Below are positions 41,357 through 44,541 of a DNA stretch of 44,541 bases, in pieces. The notes under the pieces were generated by a model. The model saw nothing but the letters and a program-made list of their open reading frames with translations. It was not told where the DNA came from and did not search any database. The translations under genes and the position numbers were made by a program. The stretch lies in sequence record SRR31156797_11646; one strand, 5' to 3'. Position 1 is the stretch's first letter. Every line of letters starts with the position of its first letter.

Positions 41357-42354
41357 TTGTTGCCCCCGGACTGTGCATTGGCGTTGTCAGCCATGGGGAC
41401 TTCGCCGTTCTTGAATTTTTCAACAGCTTCGCCCACGGTCATGCCGTCTACATCCTGACCGATTTTGATGCCGGCAGCCTGCAGGGCAGTGAAGGCCTTG
41501 GGGCCAACATAGCCGGTCAGGAGTACCTGAGCACCTGCATTGGCAACATTCTCGGCAGCCTGGATTCCAGCACCCTGAGCCATGGCTTGGGAAGAACCGT
41601 TATCTACGTATTCGACGTTCATGGTTTCGAGGTCAACGATAACAAATCCGCCTGCGCGGCCAAAACGGGGATCAACTTTGTCGTTCAGGGTCGGTCCATC
41701 ACTGGTAACTGCAATTTTTTTCACGGTAATATCCTTGAATTGTTGTGTTGTATTAGCTTGTTGGGGAGTATTGTCGGTTCCCATGGAACGGCCCATGCCA
41801 GCGTTGCCGCCGCCCATGCCCTGACCGCCCATTCCGCGGCCTCCGCCGCCCATTCCACGGCCCTGGCCTTGACCTTGGCCCATTCCTCGACCCTGACCGC
41901 CTACGCAGCGACCCTGACCGGACTTGCGACCTTGGCCGCCACCCATGCATCGTCCGCCGCCTCCGGCTCCTGATCCATTTCCATTCATACCTGGCATAGC
42001 TTCTTCTCCATCTGTTGTGGACGAGTTGTCCGCTTGCATTTTGGGGCAAGATGCCCCTTTGCAGGCGAGGGTGTAATGGCCGCCTTCGATGCGAATGGCG
42101 AGTCCGTTGGTCAACGCATTAGCGACGATAGACCTGGCTGCGCAGAGGATTCGTCCGAAGGTGGCGCGGGAAACACCCATCGCCTTGGCCCCATCCATCT
42201 GAGAGAGGCCTTCAGCGTCCGCAAGGCGAAGCGCTTCAAGGTCTTCAAAGGTGATCGTGGCGTTCTTCAGTTTTTGCATGGGAATCCCTTGCGGCTTGTA
42301 ATAAGTCGTGTCGGGTTCCTGTTGCACCATCCGTCGCTTTTTTTGCCTTCCCAT
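41353..42354 (-). CDS. DUF134 DNA-binding domain fused via Gly-rich linker to NifX-like (Orange-protein-like) domain
   Basis: YYKPQGIP, LEALRLAD..LSQ..MGVSRATFGRIL, AIRIEGG; GQGRGMG repeats; VDPRFGRA, GAGIQAA, GYVGPKA. Confidence 0.8.
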   Translation of the reverse strand: MGRQKKRRMVQQEPDTTYYKPQGIPMQKLKNATITFEDLEALRLADAEGLSQMDGAKAMGVSRATFGRILCAARSIVANALTNGLAIRIEGGHYTLACKGASCPKMQADNSSTTDGEEAMPGMNGNGSGAGGGGRCMGGGQGRKSGQGRCVGGQGRGMGQGQGQGRGMGGGGRGMGGQGMGGGNAGMGRSMGTDNTPQQANTTQQFKDITVKKIAVTSDGPTLNDKVDPRFGRAGGFVIVDLETMNVEYVDNGSSQAMAQGAGIQAAENVANAGAQVLLTGYVGPKAFTALQAAGIKIGQDVDGMTVGEAVEKFKNGEVPMADNANAQSGGNK

Positions 42355-42384
42355 AGTCCCTCTTTAATATGAACAAGTGTTGAA

Positions 42385-42435
42385 ATGACCATACACTCAT
42401 AAAAGTGGTCGTCAAGTGAAATGAGCATATGCTCA
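42385..42435 (-). promoter_or_regulatory. Promoter with palindromic operator pair
   Basis: Perfect palindrome TGAGCATATGCTCA (42422-42435), related ATGACCATACACTCAT (42385-42400), TTGACG-N16-TATGGT on minus strand. Confidence 0.6.
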
Positions 42436-42546
42436 AAAAAACATCAGAGATGTTGAAAAAGTCATTGATAATTACGTGGTGGGTATCAATTTAATCTGTA
42501 ATAGAATATGTTTACACGGAAAAAAATAATATTGCAGGGCTGTACT

Positions 42547-43296
42547 ATGAGAAAAGTATGTTTTTTTAATATGTTATTCTTTATAATTTTGTTTTGTGCA
42601 CCTGCGCACGGAGCAGAATTGAAAGAAGTTTATTCCGCGGGTCCAGAGTGGGAGACTTTTACGCACAGGGATGGAACCGGGCTGTACCATGAGGTACTTC
42701 GAGAAGTATTTGCTTTGTATGAAATTTCTGTGAAGCATGAGTATGTTCCTACAAATCGGGGGGATGAGCTGGTTCTCGCAGGGATGGCAGATATGATGAC
42801 CTGCGATGACAAAGCTACAAGCGACCAATTGCACATGTCCCGGTATCCTTTGTATGTGGATAAATATTACGCATTTTTCAGAAAAGAGCTGATTGGTCCT
42901 TGGCATGGCGTGGAAACTTTACGGGGCAAGGATGTCGCTTGCCAGTTGGGATATTACCATGAATGGGATTTTCCTGTGCCTGTGCACATCCGAGACCTGT
43001 CGTCAGGTGTGAAGTGCTTGCAGATGGTTTTACTTGAGCGGTCAGATTTTTATGTGGACGATATGCTGTTCATTGAGGATTCTATCAAAAAGTCGGGACT
43101 TTCTTTCAACCGTTTGGAATATGATACGAAAGAAGTGGGCATCAGATCATACCATCCCGTATTTAATGATACGGAACGGGGAAAGACGGTCATGCAGTTT
43201 TTTGATGAAGGGATAATGGTTTTGCACAAGGCCGGAAAACTTAAGCCTATTTATGAGAAATGGGGGCATGAATATCCCGACTTTGACAGCTTTTGA
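42547..43296 (+). CDS. Periplasmic substrate-binding protein (family 3-like)
   Basis: Signal peptide ending AHG; GTGLYHEVLREVF, GKLKPIYEKW. Confidence 0.8.
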   Translation: MRKVCFFNMLFFIILFCAPAHGAELKEVYSAGPEWETFTHRDGTGLYHEVLREVFALYEISVKHEYVPTNRGDELVLAGMADMMTCDDKATSDQLHMSRYPLYVDKYYAFFRKELIGPWHGVETLRGKDVACQLGYYHEWDFPVPVHIRDLSSGVKCLQMVLLERSDFYVDDMLFIEDSIKKSGLSFNRLEYDTKEVGIRSYHPVFNDTERGKTVMQFFDEGIMVLHKAGKLKPIYEKWGHEYPDFDSF

Positions 43297-43352
43297 TATT
43301 CGGTATTTCAAGTCATGGACAACCGCATGAAGCAGGTGTATTGACCTCCCCC

Positions 43353-43793
43353 ATGCGTACTCAAGCAGACAGGCTTCGCCACACAATTATGTTTGAAGTC
43401 ATAGGACTTCTCACTTGCACCCCCCTTGCATCCTGGATTCTTCAAAAGGATCTTATCAAGGTGGGGACTATGTCCATGATCATTTCGTTGACAGCTATGG
43501 GCTGCAATTATCTGTTCAATATCGCCTTTGACCACCTGCTCGTCAAACTGGGCCGTCGGGTGAATGATCGTCCACCGTGGCTCAGAGCTGTTCATGCCGT
43601 GAGTTTCGAAGCCAGTTTGCTGACGCTTACTGTTCCTTTCGTGGCATGGTGGTTGAATCTTTCCCTTTGGGCCGCATTTGTGACCGATATCGGTTTTGCC
43701 CTTTTCTTTCTGGTCTATGCCTATCTGTACAATTGGGCTTATGACGCCATTTTCCCCATGCCCGCGGATGACCCTCAACCCGTAATTCGGTAG
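43353..43793 (+). CDS. PACE-family efflux transporter
   Basis: Tandem repeats RLRHTIMFEVIGL / RAVHAVSFEASL and YNWAYD. Confidence 0.9.
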   Translation: MRTQADRLRHTIMFEVIGLLTCTPLASWILQKDLIKVGTMSMIISLTAMGCNYLFNIAFDHLLVKLGRRVNDRPPWLRAVHAVSFEASLLTLTVPFVAWWLNLSLWAAFVTDIGFALFFLVYAYLYNWAYDAIFPMPADDPQPVIR

Positions 43794-43808
43794 CACGGAG
43801 ATTCTTTT

Positions 43809-44441
43809 ATGTTCGGCACTCACGACCTCATACTATTTATTCTTTCCGGGTTGTTGCTGAACATTACTCCTGGGCAGGACGTTTTTTATATTGTGAGTCG
43901 AGGGGCTTCGCATGGCTGGAAAGGCGGAGCTTTGGCAGCACTCGGCGTAGGGTCCGGGTGTTTTGTCCATGTTTTTGCCGCAGCACTCGGCCTGTCCGCT
44001 ATTTTGGCGACATCCGCCACAGCGTTTACCGTCGTCAAGTATGTCGGCGCCGCGTATCTTGTTTGGATCGGGGTGAGTATGTGGTGCAAAGGGAATGGAG
44101 ACGCTGGCGACGCTCAAGAAAAGATTCTCTCTAGGCGAAAGGTTTTTTCGCAGGGCTTTTGGACGAATGCACTGAATCCCAAAGTCGCGTTGTTTTTTCT
44201 CGCTTTTTTGCCTCAGTTTGTGTCGGCGGATGCTGAGTCCAAGCCATTGGCCTTTCTCTTTCTGGGGATTTTGTTCACGATTAACGGTACCTTGATAAAT
44301 ATGATTTGGGCTTGGTCTGCCGCCAAGGCTTCTGATGTATTTGGCGGTGGTGGCAAGTATGTCCATTGGATCAAGCGGGCCGCTGGTTCTTTGTTTATTG
44401 GTTTGGGTATTCGGCTCGCCATGGCAGACTCGGCGGGATAG
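43809..44441 (+). CDS. LysE/RhtB family translocator
   Basis: NITPGQD, KYVGAAYLVWIG, GFWTNALNPKVALFFLAFLPQF. Confidence 0.93.
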   Translation: MFGTHDLILFILSGLLLNITPGQDVFYIVSRGASHGWKGGALAALGVGSGCFVHVFAAALGLSAILATSATAFTVVKYVGAAYLVWIGVSMWCKGNGDAGDAQEKILSRRKVFSQGFWTNALNPKVALFFLAFLPQFVSADAESKPLAFLFLGILFTINGTLINMIWAWSAAKASDVFGGGGKYVHWIKRAAGSLFIGLGIRLAMADSAG

Positions 44442-44471
44442 TTCTTTTTTGTTGAGATGAGAAGAGTAAGG

Positions 44472-44501
44472 AAGGGCCGCTTTGGAAGCTGCCCTTTTTT
44501 T
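44472..44501 (+). terminator. Intrinsic terminator
   Basis: AAGGGCCGCTT-TGG-AAGCTGCCCTT hairpin running into a T-tract. Confidence 0.7.
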
Positions 44502-44541
44502 ATTGTGGGAAGCGCCTTTGGCGAGAGTCATTGTTGGGTGC

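Noticed and set aside
41800-41970. GC-rich tandem repeats
   Set aside because: They encode the Gly-rich linker (GQGRGMG); not a CRISPR or DNA-level element.
39779-41973. Long plus-strand ORFs (259, 254, 209, 224 aa)
   Set aside because: Antisense to well-supported ATPase and NifX genes, with no recognisable motifs.

Overview
Bacterial chromosomal window, probably Desulfovibrionaceae (inferred from gene content). 1-20 kb is core genome next to the replication genes: gyrA (partial), gyrB, dnaN, dnaA, a DUF39 homocysteine enzyme, ftsEX, pabABC and two MCPs. The main feature is a 15,974-bp Tn7-like transposon (21400-37373) that splits comM. It has TGT...ACA ends, repeated TnsB-type sites and a 5-bp CGTGC target duplication. 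It encodes tnsA-tnsB-tnsC-tniQ at one end and a second, separately promoted tniQ at the other, with no recognisable Cas, CRISPR, TnsE or TnsF. The cargo looks like a defence/conflict island: an MBL ending in RGG plus an E2-E1-JAB fusion (6A-MBL-like), a HEPN-motif protein, a ComEC-type MBL, an exported DNase I-like nuclease, and a coupled four-gene operon I cannot assign (Zn-PLC/P1-like enzyme, lipoprotein, class-3 lipase, 4TM protein). That operon and the dual-TniQ comM targeting are the best novelty candidates. After the element come the rest of comM, an Orange-protein-like Fe-S/ATPase cluster, and PACE and LysE exporters. All calls are by eye from motifs; no searches were run.
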